From Trueperaceae bacterium (GTDB lineage: Bacteria > Deinococcota > Deinococci > Deinococcales > Trueperaceae): a DNA stretch of 64,000 bases. A model generated the notes under the pieces. It did not search any database, had not been told where the DNA came from, and worked only from the letters and a program-made list of their open reading frames with translations. The stretch covers positions 48,853-112,852 of the forward strand of contig DASSXV010000010.1 of assembly GCA_035703635.1 (NCBI GenBank), written 5' to 3'. Positions 21,920-32,255 of the stretch are shown in pieces (the first letter of the stretch is position 1; every line of letters begins with the position of its first letter). Both the position numbers and the translations under genes were made by a program.

Positions 21920-22117
21920 ATGCCGAAACTCAAGACCCATAAGGGCACCAAAGCCCGTGTGAAAATCACAGGGCGAGGTAAGGTCAAGGCCATGCGCTCC
22001 GGCAAGAGGCACCTGAACTTCAAGAAGTCAGGTCGCAAGATCCGCCAGGGCCGCACCGATCTGATCATCGCCAAGCCGGAAGCAGACCGCATAAAAGCGC
22101 TGCTCCCGTACGACTGA
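21920..22117 (+). CDS. rpmI: 50S ribosomal protein L35
   Basis: MPKLKTHKG...KRHL..KKS; AGGAG RBS; lies between infC and rplT. Confidence 0.95.
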   Translation: MPKLKTHKGTKARVKITGRGKVKAMRSGKRHLNFKKSGRKIRQGRTDLIIAKPEADRIKALLPYD

Positions 22118-22129
22118 GGAGGTTGAGCC

Positions 22130-22480
22130 ATGCCAAGAGCTAAGACCGGCGTAGTTCGCCGCCGCCGTCACCAGAAGATCCTCAAGCGCGCCAAGGGCTA
22201 CTGGGGCTTGCGCTCCAAGAGCGTCCGCACCGCGCAGCAGACCCTCCTCAACGCGGCCGATTACGCGTACCGCGACCGCCGCGACAAGAAGGGGCAGTTC
22301 CGCCGCCTCTGGATCGCGCGCATCAACGCCGCTGCGCGCCAAGAGGGCGTCAGCTACTCGCGCTTCGTCGCTGGCCTGCGCAAAGCCGGCGTGCTACTCG
22401 ACCGCAAGGTCCTCGCCGACCTCGCAACGCAAGAACCGACCGCCTTCAAGGCGTTGGTCGACGTGGCGCGCAAGGCCTGA
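22130..22480 (+). CDS. rplT: 50S ribosomal protein L20
   Basis: [34 protein letters not shown]. Confidence 0.97.
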   Translation: MPRAKTGVVRRRRHQKILKRAKGYWGLRSKSVRTAQQTLLNAADYAYRDRRDKKGQFRRLWIARINAAARQEGVSYSRFVAGLRKAGVLLDRKVLADLATQEPTAFKALVDVARKA

Positions 22481-22501
22481 GCGACAGACAGTCACAGCGT
22501 T

Positions 22502-22542
22502 CGCAAGCCGCCCGGGCCGTGTGGTCCGGGCGGCTTGCGTTT
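22502..22542 (+). terminator. Intrinsic terminator after rplT
   Basis: 17-bp stem cgcaagccgcccgggcc / ggtccgggcggcttgcg (one G-U), loop gtgt, then ttt. Confidence 0.75.
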
Positions 22543-22596
22543 GCATCCGCACCGCACCCAGCTCCCGGCTTTCGCGGCTAACGGTATGATGTCGGG

Positions 22597-23262
22597 GTGA
22601 GCGCAACGGACGTCGTCTGGAACGAGGATGCCGCCGCTCAGCTCAGCCCAAGGGAGCGCCAGAAGGCCAACCGCCGCGCGCGCATCTTGGAGAGCGCGCT
22701 TGAGTTGATCGAGCAGCGCGGGCTGAAGGGCGCGACCTTCGAGCTCATCGCGGAACGCTCCGGCGTGTCGCGCGGCACCGTTTTCAACTACTTCCCCAAC
22801 AAGGAGAGCATGTTGGTGGCGCACTTCGCGCGCCAACTCGAGGCGCTGGGCCACCGCGTCGAAGCGCGCCGCGGCGCTGACAGCTTTGGTGGTCTCGCCG
22901 AGATCGCGTACCTCTTCGAGGAGCTAGCTGACTTCGTTGCCGCCCACCGCGAGCTCATCCTCCCGATCTCCTTCGAGCTACTGAGCCCGAACGAGGAGCG
23001 GTCGCGGGCCGCGTTCCGCGCTCTGCCGCTCGTCGACTTGCTAAGGACCGCCCTCAAGCGCGCGCAAGCAGACGGCAACGTCAGGCGCGACTACTCTGCC
23101 GACCGCTTGGCGCGCACCCTGGCAAACGTGTTCTTCATCACCGCGTTGCAGTGGGCCGCCTACAGACAGGACCGCTCAGTACATGAAGAGTTCCGGCTGG
23201 CGTTGACGTTAGGCCTCGACGGGCTGCGCGTCACCGCGCAAGACGGACAGCCAGCTAACTAG
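22597..23262 (+). CDS. TetR/AcrR family transcriptional regulator
   Basis: HTH IAERSGVSRGTVFNYFPNKE; GTG 6 nt after TATGAT. Confidence 0.92.
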   Translation: MSATDVVWNEDAAAQLSPRERQKANRRARILESALELIEQRGLKGATFELIAERSGVSRGTVFNYFPNKESMLVAHFARQLEALGHRVEARRGADSFGGLAEIAYLFEELADFVAAHRELILPISFELLSPNEERSRAAFRALPLVDLLRTALKRAQADGNVRRDYSADRLARTLANVFFITALQWAAYRQDRSVHEEFRLALTLGLDGLRVTAQDGQPAN

Positions 23263-23338
23263 GTCCGTGCGCGGTACCCTTCACCGCCGCCGCCCCATGC
23301 GGCGACGCTGACGCGACCGGCCCTATATCCTTGACGGC

Positions 23339-24619
23339 ATGCGAGTCTTGAACAGTGCAGCCGCGGCCTTCGCCTGGTGCGAGGAGCGCATCGGCTCGAA
23401 CCTTACTGACGCGGATACTTACGAGGGCGTTAGGGCCATCCTCAGCGACGTGCGCCTGCGCGGCGACGCGGCCCTCCGTGACCACACCGCACGCTTCGAC
23501 GGCGTCGAGCTAGACGACGTCATGGTGAGCGAAGACGAGCTGCATGCCGCCGAGAGCGAGCTGGACCCCGCGTTAGCTGCCGCGATCCGCCTGGCGGTGC
23601 GGCGGGTAGAGGAGTACTACCGCCGTCAATCCGAAGGTGGGTTCGTGCACGCGGCAGGTGGCGAGATGCTTGGCCAACTCGTGCTGCCCTTGACGAGCGT
23701 TGGCTGTTACGTGCCTGGCGGTACGGCGCCCCTCTTCTCGAGCGTCATCATGACGGCCGTGCCTGCCAAGGTCGCCGGGGTGGAACGCATCGTGATCGCC
23801 ACCCCGCCGCAACCGCAAGGAGGCGTGCCAGCCGAAGTCCGCTACGCGGCGACGATGGTCGGCGCGCGCGAGGTCTTACGCGTGGGGGGCGCGCAGGCCA
23901 TCGGGGCGCTCGCGTACGGCACGGCGAGCCTGGCGCGCGTTGACAAGGTAGTCGGCCCAGGTAACCGCTACGTGGTCGAGGCGAAGCGGCAGGTGTTCGG
24001 CGTGGTCGGCATCGAGGCCCTGCCCGGCCCGACGGAGACGCTCGTCGTGGCTGACGCGTCCGCCGCCGTCGCTCACGTGGTGGCAGACTTGCTCGCCCAG
24101 GCCGAGCATGCAGGCGCGACGCCCGTCCTCGTCACCCCTAGCTTCGCGCTGCTCGAAAGCGTGCTAGCCGCCCTCCCGAAGGCCAGTTCTGCCTTGCCAG
24201 ACCCGCACACGGCCTCCGACTCGATCGCAAGGCGCGGCGTGGCCGTCCTCGTGGCCGACTTGGATGAGGCCATGGCCGTTGCCAACGCCTTCGCGCCAGA
24301 GCACCTCTGCCTGCTGGTAGAGGACCCGTGGTCGTTAGTCGCCAAAGTGCGTAACGCCGGGGGCCTGTTCCTCGGCGCCAACAGTTTGGAGGCGTTGGGC
24401 GATTACGTCGTGGGTCCGAGTCACGTCATGCCGACTGGCGCGACGGCGCGCTTCAGCTCGTTCCTCAACCTGCGTGACTTCCAGAAGGTCGTGCCGCTCT
24501 CGTTCCTCTCGGCCGCCACCGTGCAACGCATCGGACCAGCCGCCGTGCTGATGGCGCGAGCAGAGGGGCTCGAGGCCCACGCGCGTGCCATCGAAGCGCG
24601 CCTGCTAGCAGACGACTAG
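23339..24619 (+). CDS. hisD: Histidinol dehydrogenase
   Basis: YVPGG, GGAQAI, DKVVGPGN, QAEH, APEHL, GPSHVMPT. Confidence 0.95.
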   Translation: MRVLNSAAAAFAWCEERIGSNLTDADTYEGVRAILSDVRLRGDAALRDHTARFDGVELDDVMVSEDELHAAESELDPALAAAIRLAVRRVEEYYRRQSEGGFVHAAGGEMLGQLVLPLTSVGCYVPGGTAPLFSSVIMTAVPAKVAGVERIVIATPPQPQGGVPAEVRYAATMVGAREVLRVGGAQAIGALAYGTASLARVDKVVGPGNRYVVEAKRQVFGVVGIEALPGPTETLVVADASAAVAHVVADLLAQAEHAGATPVLVTPSFALLESVLAALPKASSALPDPHTASDSIARRGVAVLVADLDEAMAVANAFAPEHLCLLVEDPWSLVAKVRNAGGLFLGANSLEALGDYVVGPSHVMPTGATARFSSFLNLRDFQKVVPLSFLSAATVQRIGPAAVLMARAEGLEAHARAIEARLLADD

Positions 24620-24626
24620 GTGAGGG

Positions 24627-25247
24627 TCAGAGGAACGGGTTGCTAGCGGACTCCGCTGCGACGGTGGTAGCTCCCCCGTGGCCGGGCAGCACGCGCGTCG
24701 CGGGAGGCAGCGTCAGGAGTTCCCGCCTGATGCTGGCGAGCAACTCTTCGTGATCGCCGTACGGCAGGTCGGTGCGGCCGATCGAGTTGTGGAAGAGCGC
24801 GTCGCCTGAGAGGACGATGCCAGCGTCAGGTAGGTAGAAGGCGACGTGGCCAGGCGCGTGCCCTGGCGTGTGCAGGACAAGGGCACTTTTGTCGCCTGCC
24901 GTGACGGTCTCCCCGTGCGCCAGCGGCACGTAATCGAGCGGCGGCGCCTCTATCTCGAGCCCGAAGCGCGCGGCCGAAGCTACGGCGTTGCGTAGGAGTG
25001 GCTCGTCGGCTGGGTGCATGTGAACCGGCACCTCGCCAGCCGCACGCAAGAGCGCCGTTACGCCGCCAACGTGGTCGAAGTGCGCGTGGGTCAGCCACAC
25101 GGCGTCGAGTCGCCACCCGCGCTCCGCTAGGACGGCGGCCAACGCCTCGCCGTCGGCTCCCGGGTCAACCACTACGGCGCGCCCAGCTGACGCCAACAAG
25201 TAGGCGTTCGCCCTGACCGGGCCAAGCGCTAGGGTCACTACCTCCAC
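24627..25247 (-). CDS. MBL-fold metallo-hydrolase (glyoxalase II-like)
   Basis: THAHFDH, HTPGHAPGH, SGDALF, PGHG. Confidence 0.9.
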   Translation of the reverse strand: MEVVTLALGPVRANAYLLASAGRAVVVDPGADGEALAAVLAERGWRLDAVWLTHAHFDHVGGVTALLRAAGEVPVHMHPADEPLLRNAVASAARFGLEIEAPPLDYVPLAHGETVTAGDKSALVLHTPGHAPGHVAFYLPDAGIVLSGDALFHNSIGRTDLPYGDHEELLASIRRELLTLPPATRVLPGHGGATTVAAESASNPFL

Positions 25248-25939
25248 GTGCGCCCACCCCTCTCAACGCCGGTTCGCCTACGGTGGAGCAACGCCGTTGC
25301 GATGTCGCGGTACATGCGCAGGCGTACGCGCGCGCCGCGCCAGAATCCGCGCTTCTCCTCCTTCATGATGTGCGACACGCCCCCTAGTGCCACGTTCTCG
25401 CAGCGCCACGCCTGGCTGGAGGCGTGAAACGTGATGACGACCTCGACGCCGTAGCGGCTCTCGGCCAAGCCGTCGACGCTCAGGAGGGCAGTGCGCGCGA
25501 GCGCGCGCTGTCCGTTGAGTTGCGGCGTAACGTGCTGAGCAGTCGTGGTGGCCCAGCGTCCACCCGTGAAGCTGCCCCGTGTCATGTCGGCCCGGCCGAC
25601 TGCGACAGGTTCTGCCAGCGCCTTGACGTGCTCTGGCCGCAACCCGACCAGGTCGGCGTCGAGCATGACGACCACGTCGCCGTCGAGCGCGCTTGCCCCA
25701 GCGTGCAACGCCCCGCCCTTGCCGCGGTTCACTGGCAGCGTGATCACCTCGGCGCCAGCGTCGGCGGCCGCTTGGCTCGTGCCGTCCTTAGAGCCGTCGT
25801 CTACGACGAGTACGCGCCCGAGCCCAGCGGCAAGCGCCGCCTTGACGACGGCGCCGACGTTGGGAGCCTCATCGAACGCGGGTATGAGGACGTCGATGCG
25901 CTTGCCTAAGGTCGAGCTGCTTGGCGCCGACTCGGTCAC
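25238..25939 (-). CDS. Glycosyltransferase family 2
   Basis: LIPAFDE, VVDDGSKD, NRGKG, DAD. Confidence 0.88.
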   Translation of the reverse strand: MTESAPSSSTLGKRIDVLIPAFDEAPNVGAVVKAALAAGLGRVLVVDDGSKDGTSQAAADAGAEVITLPVNRGKGGALHAGASALDGDVVVMLDADLVGLRPEHVKALAEPVAVGRADMTRGSFTGGRWATTTAQHVTPQLNGQRALARTALLSVDGLAESRYGVEVVITFHASSQAWRCENVALGGVSHIMKEEKRGFWRGARVRLRMYRDIATALLHRRRTGVERGGRTWR

Positions 25940-27009
25940 GACGTGAAGAGCGCGCTCAGTTCGCGGAACGTGATCAGGACGATCAGTCCCATCACGAGCA
26001 TGACGCCCGCGAAGTGGAACTTCTCCTCCTGACCTGGCTTGAACGGCCTGCCTCTGATGGCGACCACGGTGGCGAGGAGCATGCGGCCGCCGTCCAACCC
26101 CGGGATGGGCAGCAGGTTGAAGACGCCAAGCGAGAAGTTGATGACGGCGGCAAGGAGGAGCACGCTGGCGACCCCGACCTGAGTGGCCTGCGACACGAGC
26201 GTCACCATGCCGACGGGGCCCGCCACTTCCGCGTTCGGCGCACCCGTAACTGCCGCGCCGAAGCCGGAAACGAAGCCTTTGACCATCTCAGGCACTACGC
26301 GAATGCCGAACGCCGCTGACTCACCAAGCGCGGTGAGGAACGAGACGGGCGGCAGGATGGCGCCGATCTCGATGCCAAGCAGGGGCGGTGATTCCTTGGC
26401 GCCCAGCGGCCACGGCGTCGAGACCGTCACCTGCTGTGAGCCGCGCTGCAGCACCATGTCGAGGTGGTCTGCCCCTTGAACTTGCGCGATGACGGCCTCG
26501 GGCGTTGGGTCGTCCTGGCCGTTGAGCGCGATGATGCGGTCGCCGTTCAGGAGCCCGAGGTGCTCGGCGTTCGAGTCTGGCACCACGCGGGCGACCACAG
26601 AACCCTGCGGAACGACGGTGGCGCCCGTGATCTCCCTGAACCCAGGCTGCATGGTGATGGCGCCGGCCAACAGCAGGCTGCCGAGCACGTAGTTGGCGAT
26701 GACGCCGCCGACCAACACCCACAACTTCGGCAGGAGACGGAGTTTGGCCATGCCCTCGTCTGGGTGGTGCATGGTGCCGTCGTCGTCGACGCGCGGGCCC
26801 ATGCCGGGCAAGTCGACGTACCCGCCTAGCGGCAGGAGGCTAAGGCGCCACTCGGTGCCGCGCCACTTGACGCGCGCCAGTACCGGCCCGATGCCGACGC
26901 TGAACGCGCGAACGGCGACCCCGACGCTGCGGGCATTGAAGAAGTGCGCCAGTTCGTGAACGACGACGGCGCTCGTGAGGATCAGGGCGAAGGTAAGTGC
27001 AGTCAGCAT
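25936..27009 (-). CDS. rseP: RseP-like M50 intramembrane zinc protease with PDZ domain
   Basis: HELAH, FSVGIGP, PLGGYV, PDZ, NLLPIPGLDGG; downstream of dxr. Confidence 0.85.
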   Translation of the reverse strand: MLTALTFALILTSAVVVHELAHFFNARSVGVAVRAFSVGIGPVLARVKWRGTEWRLSLLPLGGYVDLPGMGPRVDDDGTMHHPDEGMAKLRLLPKLWVLVGGVIANYVLGSLLLAGAITMQPGFREITGATVVPQGSVVARVVPDSNAEHLGLLNGDRIIALNGQDDPTPEAVIAQVQGADHLDMVLQRGSQQVTVSTPWPLGAKESPPLLGIEIGAILPPVSFLTALGESAAFGIRVVPEMVKGFVSGFGAAVTGAPNAEVAGPVGMVTLVSQATQVGVASVLLLAAVINFSLGVFNLLPIPGLDGGRMLLATVVAIRGRPFKPGQEEKFHFAGVMLVMGLIVLITFRELSALFTS

Positions 27010-27098
27010 GCTATCTGGTGGCTCCTACGGTGGCGGTCCTTTGCGAGGCGCCTGGCCGCGCCTACTGTTAGCTTGCTTGCTCCCACTGGTCAAGTATG

Positions 27099-28340
27099 TC
27101 AGACGCGGTGGCCTTGATCGGCATCGTGGGGGCTGGTTAGTTGCCTAACGAGGTCCGTCTTGCTGAGCAGGCCGATGACCTTGCCGCCGCCGTCCACCAC
27201 GACGAGGCGGCCAAGGCGCCCTTGCGCGATGCGCTTGAGCGCGTCCATGGCGCTGACTTCTGGGAGGATGGTCTCCGCCTGCTCGAGTATGTCTGCGACC
27301 GTTGCGTTCGGATCTATCTCAGCGAGCTCTGTTTCTGTGGCGCTCGGCGCCTGATCGCCCTGCGGTTCCGCCCTCCCGAACAGCCCGCCACCTTGCTCCT
27401 CGCGCGCCTGGCTGCCGTCCGGCCTGCGCTTGGCAGCGGCGAGACGCGCGAAGCCGAGCAGCTTTTCATCAGGGTCGACCACCGGGTAGCCCGTGTGGGG
27501 GCGAAAGTGGATGAGCTGCATGAACTGCGTGAGGTGCATCTCTGGGGTAACGGTGATCGGATCGCGGGTCATGAGGTCCGCGACGGTCTTGCCCTCGAAC
27601 GCCCTGTTGAGGGTCGTTGCCTGCCCCTCGATGCGACCCGCGTTGTAGATGAAGAAGGCGATCACGACGAGCCACAACTGCAAGGTGAAGAAGCCGTAGA
27701 GACCCAAGAGCACGGCCATGAAGCCGCTGATGGTGACGGCCGTCAGCGTGGCGCGGTCCTGTGGCATGAAGAGCGCGAGCAGGCTGCGTAACACGCGTCC
27801 GCCGTCCAACGGGATGGCGGGGATGAGGTTGAAGACGGCGAGCGCCACGTTCGTCACACCGAGGTAGCCGACGACCATGAAGGCGAAACCTGACCCGGCC
27901 AGGCTCGGCGCTAACCACAGTAGGAGGAAACCTATGAGGAAGCTGATGATCGGCCCGACGATGGCTACGACGGCCTCCGCCCCGCGCTGCTTCGGCATGT
28001 CGTCGAACTGGGCGACGCCGCCGAGGAACCACAGGCGGATCTCGTGAACGGCTACGCCGTAGCGCCGTGCCACGAGGGCGTGCCCTAACTCGTGAACGAC
28101 GACGCTAGCGAAGAGCCCGATGGCGCCAGTCAGTCCGACGAGCCAGGGCGTTACGCCCGTCGTCAAGCTGGTGACGTCCACGCTGATGTTCATCGCTGAC
28201 TTGAGCAGTTGCGCGTACGCGCTGAGTTGACTGCCGATGAGGTAGGCGAACAGTGGCAGAACGAGGAGGAAGCTGTAGTCGAGCCTCACTGGGATGCCGG
28301 CCAGCTTGAAAGGCAACTTGACTCCGCCTGAGCCGCCCAC
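27099..28340 (-). CDS. Site-2 protease (M50) with C-terminal CBS pair
   Basis: HELGH, LGGVA, FNLIPAIPLDGGR; CBS motifs VADLMTRDP, YPVVD, GLLSKTD. Confidence 0.9.
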   Translation of the reverse strand: MGGSGGVKLPFKLAGIPVRLDYSFLLVLPLFAYLIGSQLSAYAQLLKSAMNISVDVTSLTTGVTPWLVGLTGAIGLFASVVVHELGHALVARRYGVAVHEIRLWFLGGVAQFDDMPKQRGAEAVVAIVGPIISFLIGFLLLWLAPSLAGSGFAFMVVGYLGVTNVALAVFNLIPAIPLDGGRVLRSLLALFMPQDRATLTAVTISGFMAVLLGLYGFFTLQLWLVVIAFFIYNAGRIEGQATTLNRAFEGKTVADLMTRDPITVTPEMHLTQFMQLIHFRPHTGYPVVDPDEKLLGFARLAAAKRRPDGSQAREEQGGGLFGRAEPQGDQAPSATETELAEIDPNATVADILEQAETILPEVSAMDALKRIAQGRLGRLVVVDGGGKVIGLLSKTDLVRQLTSPHDADQGHRV

Positions 28341-28342
28341 GA

Positions 28343-29476
28343 CTAGCTCGCCACCAGCAGCGCGTGGCGCTTGGCCATGCGCCTGGCCTCGAGGTCGGCG
28401 GCGTGGATGTTGTCCCAGGTGAGTGCGGCGCTTGGTGCTGCCTGCAGGACGCTAGCCAGCACGTTCGCGATGCCGTCGAACGCTAGTCGCCCCGCGAGGA
28501 AGGCGGCAACGGCCACCTCGTCCGCTGCGTTCAAGTACGCGGGGGCGACCCCGCCCGCTGCGCCCGCCGCGTACGCCAACCGCAGGCTAGGGAAGCGCTG
28601 GTGGTCTGGCTCCTCGAACGTCCAATCACCGCGTAACGGCAGGGGAGGGAGGGGTGTGGACGGGCGCCGCGAACCAGTTACCGCGTACTGGATGGGCAGG
28701 CGCATGTCGTGTGGCCCGACCGCGGCCTTGATGTTGCCGTCCCTGAACCTAACGAGGCCGTGCACGAGCGACTGCGGGTGCACGACGACCTCGATGCGGT
28801 CCAGTGGGAGCTCGAAGAGGTAGTGCGCCTCGAGGACCTCGAGGCCCTTGTTGAAGAGGGTGGCCGAGTCAACGGTGACCTTCGGCCCCATGCTCCAGTT
28901 CGGATGCGCGAGGGCCTGCTCCGGCGTAACGCGCGACAGGTCGGCCGGCCCCTCGCGGAACGGCCCACCCGACGCCGTCAGCACGAGGGCCGAGACCTCG
29001 TCCACGTCCTCGCCCACCAGGCATTGGTAGAGGGCGGAGTGCTCGGAGTCTACGGGCGTGATGCGGGCGCCGTGCTCGCGCGCGAGCTGCCACATGAGCG
29101 GGCCAGCCACGACCATGGCTTCCTTGTTGGCGAGGGCCACGTGACGCCCGGCGCGCAAGGCCGCGGCCGTGGGCGCGAGGCCAGCGATCCCTGGAACGGC
29201 CGCGACGACGACGTCGGCCTCTGCCGTAGCCACTTCCTCCAACCCAGCGGCGCCAACGACCAGGCGCGTGCCAGATGGCAGGTTGTCGCGCACCTCCGCT
29301 GCCACCGCCTCATGGCACGCCACTATCTTGGGTTTCAGCTCGTGAGCTTGCCTGACCAACAAGGCGGCGTTGCGACCAGCAGCCAACGCCACCACCTTCA
29401 GGCCGTGCCAGCGCGCCACGTCGATGGTCTGCACGCCGATCGAACCCGTGGAACCGAGTATGGCCAAGCGCTCCAT
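28343..29476 (-). CDS. dxr: 1-deoxy-D-xylulose-5-phosphate reductoisomerase
   Basis: GSTGSIG, LANKE, PVDSEH, TASGGPF, HPNWSMG, NKGLE. Confidence 0.97.
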   Translation of the reverse strand: MERLAILGSTGSIGVQTIDVARWHGLKVVALAAGRNAALLVRQAHELKPKIVACHEAVAAEVRDNLPSGTRLVVGAAGLEEVATAEADVVVAAVPGIAGLAPTAAALRAGRHVALANKEAMVVAGPLMWQLAREHGARITPVDSEHSALYQCLVGEDVDEVSALVLTASGGPFREGPADLSRVTPEQALAHPNWSMGPKVTVDSATLFNKGLEVLEAHYLFELPLDRIEVVVHPQSLVHGLVRFRDGNIKAAVGPHDMRLPIQYAVTGSRRPSTPLPPLPLRGDWTFEEPDHQRFPSLRLAYAAGAAGGVAPAYLNAADEVAVAAFLAGRLAFDGIANVLASVLQAAPSAALTWDNIHAADLEARRMAKRHALLVAS

Positions 29477-29566
29477 CCGGGCATCATGGCATGCAGGAAA
29501 GGGGTTTCATGCTTACGTGGGACAGCGCGGTGTTAGCATCGGGGTAAAGCCAAGGAGGAGCAAAGG

Positions 29567-30196
29567 ATGCTTGTTCGCGAGTGGATGACACCCGACCCGC
29601 AAACGGTGAGCGCGGATACGCCCGTGATGGAGGCCATGCAGCGCCTGCGAGAGGGCGGTTACAGGCGCCTCCCAGTCACGCGTGACGGCAGGTTGATAGG
29701 CATCGTCACGGACCGCGACCTCAAAGAGGCGACACCGTCCAAAGCTACGACCCTCTCGATATACGAACTCAACTACCTGTTGAGCAAACTGCGCGTGAAA
29801 GACGTGATGAAGTCGCCAGTCATCACCGTGCGCGCCGAGGACCCCATCGAGCAGGCAGCACTACTAATGGAAGAACACCGCGTCTCCGGCCTGCCTGTCT
29901 TGGATGGCAACGAGCTAGCCGGCATCTTGACGATCACCGACCTCATGCGTGCGCTCGTCTCCTTCCTTGCACTGCGCGAGGGCGGCACCCGCGTGACGGT
30001 CGAGCTGCCGGACGAACCGGGCGTCCTCGCGAAGGTGGCGGAGCAAGGCGCGCCTTCCAACATCGTGGCGGCCGTGACGACCGGCATCCAGCCCGGCCAC
30101 AAGCGCCGCCTCGTGCTGCGCGTGGCAGGCGACGGGGCACAAGGGTTCCCCGAGCGCCTCAAGGCCGCGGGGATAGAGGTCGTTGACGTCCGCTGA
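29567..30196 (+). CDS. CBS-pair plus ACT-like domain protein (AcuB-like)
   Basis: Two CBS repeats, PSKATTLSIYELNYLL, C-terminal DEPGVLAKV; AGGAGG RBS. Confidence 0.85.
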   Translation: MLVREWMTPDPQTVSADTPVMEAMQRLREGGYRRLPVTRDGRLIGIVTDRDLKEATPSKATTLSIYELNYLLSKLRVKDVMKSPVITVRAEDPIEQAALLMEEHRVSGLPVLDGNELAGILTITDLMRALVSFLALREGGTRVTVELPDEPGVLAKVAEQGAPSNIVAAVTTGIQPGHKRRLVLRVAGDGAQGFPERLKAAGIEVVDVR

Positions 30197-30911
30197 GGGC
30201 CGTAGCCAACCAGAGCCGCCTGCTACTGCGGCTTCGTTGGCTAAGCAGGCGGCGGGTGGGCGCGTCGCGTTCAGTGATTTCCTCGAGCCAGAGGCCGCCG
30301 ACGCCCTGATGGCGGAGGTCAGGACTCACGGCGTGAGGGCTAGTGCCTGGGGCGGCTACCCGGGGGCTAGGCGACGTGTCGTATGCGCGTTGCCTGACTC
30401 CGTGCCGGAGGCAACAGCGCTGCTCACCGCCCTCTACGTCGAGGGCGACGTGGACCCTGATAACTTGCGCGCCGCCGCCCAACGGGTCGTCGGCGCTGGC
30501 AGGCTCGGTGACGCCACCTCTCACCAGGACGGAGCCAGCATCGTCGTCCTCGGGGCGCTGCCACCAGAGTTGGAGGGGCTGCTCAGCGTGGCAGGCGTGC
30601 CCGTCAGCGCGAGTGAGGCGCGCGTCGAGTTGGCGTTCGGAGGCAACAGCAAGACCCAGTCGGCCGTCGTGCCATCCCTGCGCGTCGACGTGCTCGGCGC
30701 GCGAGCGTTCGGGGTGTCGCGCGCTTACTTCGCCAAGGGCGTTGCTGCTGGGCGCGTGACCGTCAACGGGCGCCCGGCGGGCAAAGCCGCTAGCGCGGCG
30801 GTCGGCGACGAGGTCTACGCCGCCGGGTTAGGGCGCTTCAACGTCGCCAAGGTCGAGGGCGAAACGCGGAGGGGCAACCTGCGAGTGACCCTGACCGTCG
30901 AGCGCGGCTGA
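30183..30911 (+). CDS. YlmH/Sll1252-like S4-domain RNA-binding protein
   Basis: SDFLEP, GGYPGARR, SLRVDV..FGVSR..GRVTVNG..GLGRF. Confidence 0.82.
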   Translation: MTSAEGRSQPEPPATAASLAKQAAGGRVAFSDFLEPEAADALMAEVRTHGVRASAWGGYPGARRRVVCALPDSVPEATALLTALYVEGDVDPDNLRAAAQRVVGAGRLGDATSHQDGASIVVLGALPPELEGLLSVAGVPVSASEARVELAFGGNSKTQSAVVPSLRVDVLGARAFGVSRAYFAKGVAAGRVTVNGRPAGKAASAAVGDEVYAAGLGRFNVAKVEGETRRGNLRVTLTVERG

Positions 30912-30929
30912 ACCAGCAGCCGCGCCTCC

Positions 30930-32255
30930 TCAAACGCGGACTTTCTTCTTGCCGCCGCTGCGCTCCTTGAACACCATCCTGATCGGCACCTCCGCGAAGC
31001 CGACGTCCTCGCGGATGCGGTTGCGCAAGTAATGCTCGTACGGCCTGGTCAGCAGTGACTCGCTGTTGATGGAGAAGACGAAGGTTGGCGGTGCGACGTC
31101 GACCTGACTGACGTAGAGCAGCTTGAGCGGCCTGCCTGAGAAGTTCGGGGGCGTCTGCCGCGCAGTCCAGACGTCGAGCCAACCGTTCAACTCGGAAGTG
31201 CCAACGCGCATGTGCGCCGTGTCGTAGAGGCGCACGGCAGTAGCCAACAACTCGTGGAGGCCGAAGTCGGTCAAGGCGCTCGTGTACACGCGCGGCGCGA
31301 ACGCCAGGTGCGCGAGCTGCTGGTCCAAGCGTTCGCGGAACGGCTCGAGCTGTTCGTCGGCCACCAGGTCCCACTTGTTGACGGCGACGGCGACCGGCTT
31401 GCCCCACTCGAGGGCGAGGTTAGCGAGGCGCAGCTCGTGATCTCCGAGCTCGAACGGATCGACCACCAAGATCGCAACGTCCGCTCGCCGCAACGCCATC
31501 TCACCGCGGATCCTCGCGTAGTACTCGAGGTCGCCGACGTCCTTGCGGGCCATGCCCGCCGTGTCTATCAGCACGAACGGCCGCCCGCCGAACTCGAAGT
31601 GCACGTCCACAGGATCGCGGGTGGTGCCTGGCAAGTCGGCTACGATGACGCGCTCGTCGCCGACCAGTGCGTTGACGATGCTCGACTTGCCTACGTTCGG
31701 CCGTCCGATGATGGCGATCTTGACCGCGTTCTCCTCGACCTCTTCAGCGGCGTCACCCATCAGCTCGGCGATGTGGTGGACGAGCTCATGGGTGCCGATA
31801 GCGTGCTCGGCCGCCGTGACGAACGGCTCCCCGAACCCGAGCGCGTAGAGCTCGAAGAACTCGCCAGCTTCCGCGTGACGCGGGTCGTCGACCTTGGTGG
31901 CTACGAGGAGGACGTTCTTGCTCTTCGTGCGCAACCACTCTGCGACCTCGTGGTCGGCGCTGACGACGCCAGCGCGACCGTCGACGCAGAGCAGCACTAG
32001 ATCGACCCCGACGAGGGCTGCCTCCACACGGCCCTTGATCGCCGCTTCCCAGCGGTCGCCGGACCATAGCCCGCCGGTATCGAACAGGCGGAAGGTGCGC
32101 CCGTCGTCCGTGGCGACCTGGCCCTCCTTGACGTCGCGGGTAACACCCGGGACGTCAGCGACGATCGCCTCCCTCCGGCCGACTAAGCGGTTGAAGAGAC
32201 TCGACTTGCCGACGTTAGGTCTGCCAACTATGGCGACGCTATACAAGTACCGCAC
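30930..32255 (-). CDS. der: Ribosome biogenesis GTPase Der
   Basis: Two GRPNVGKS G-domains with TRD and DTGG/DTAG, KH-like C-terminus; start could be a few codons later. Confidence 0.96.
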   Translation of the reverse strand: MRYLYSVAIVGRPNVGKSSLFNRLVGRREAIVADVPGVTRDVKEGQVATDDGRTFRLFDTGGLWSGDRWEAAIKGRVEAALVGVDLVLLCVDGRAGVVSADHEVAEWLRTKSKNVLLVATKVDDPRHAEAGEFFELYALGFGEPFVTAAEHAIGTHELVHHIAELMGDAAEEVEENAVKIAIIGRPNVGKSSIVNALVGDERVIVADLPGTTRDPVDVHFEFGGRPFVLIDTAGMARKDVGDLEYYARIRGEMALRRADVAILVVDPFELGDHELRLANLALEWGKPVAVAVNKWDLVADEQLEPFRERLDQQLAHLAFAPRVYTSALTDFGLHELLATAVRLYDTAHMRVGTSELNGWLDVWTARQTPPNFSGRPLKLLYVSQVDVAPPTFVFSINSESLLTRPYEHYLRNRIREDVGFAEVPIRMVFKERSGGKKKVRV

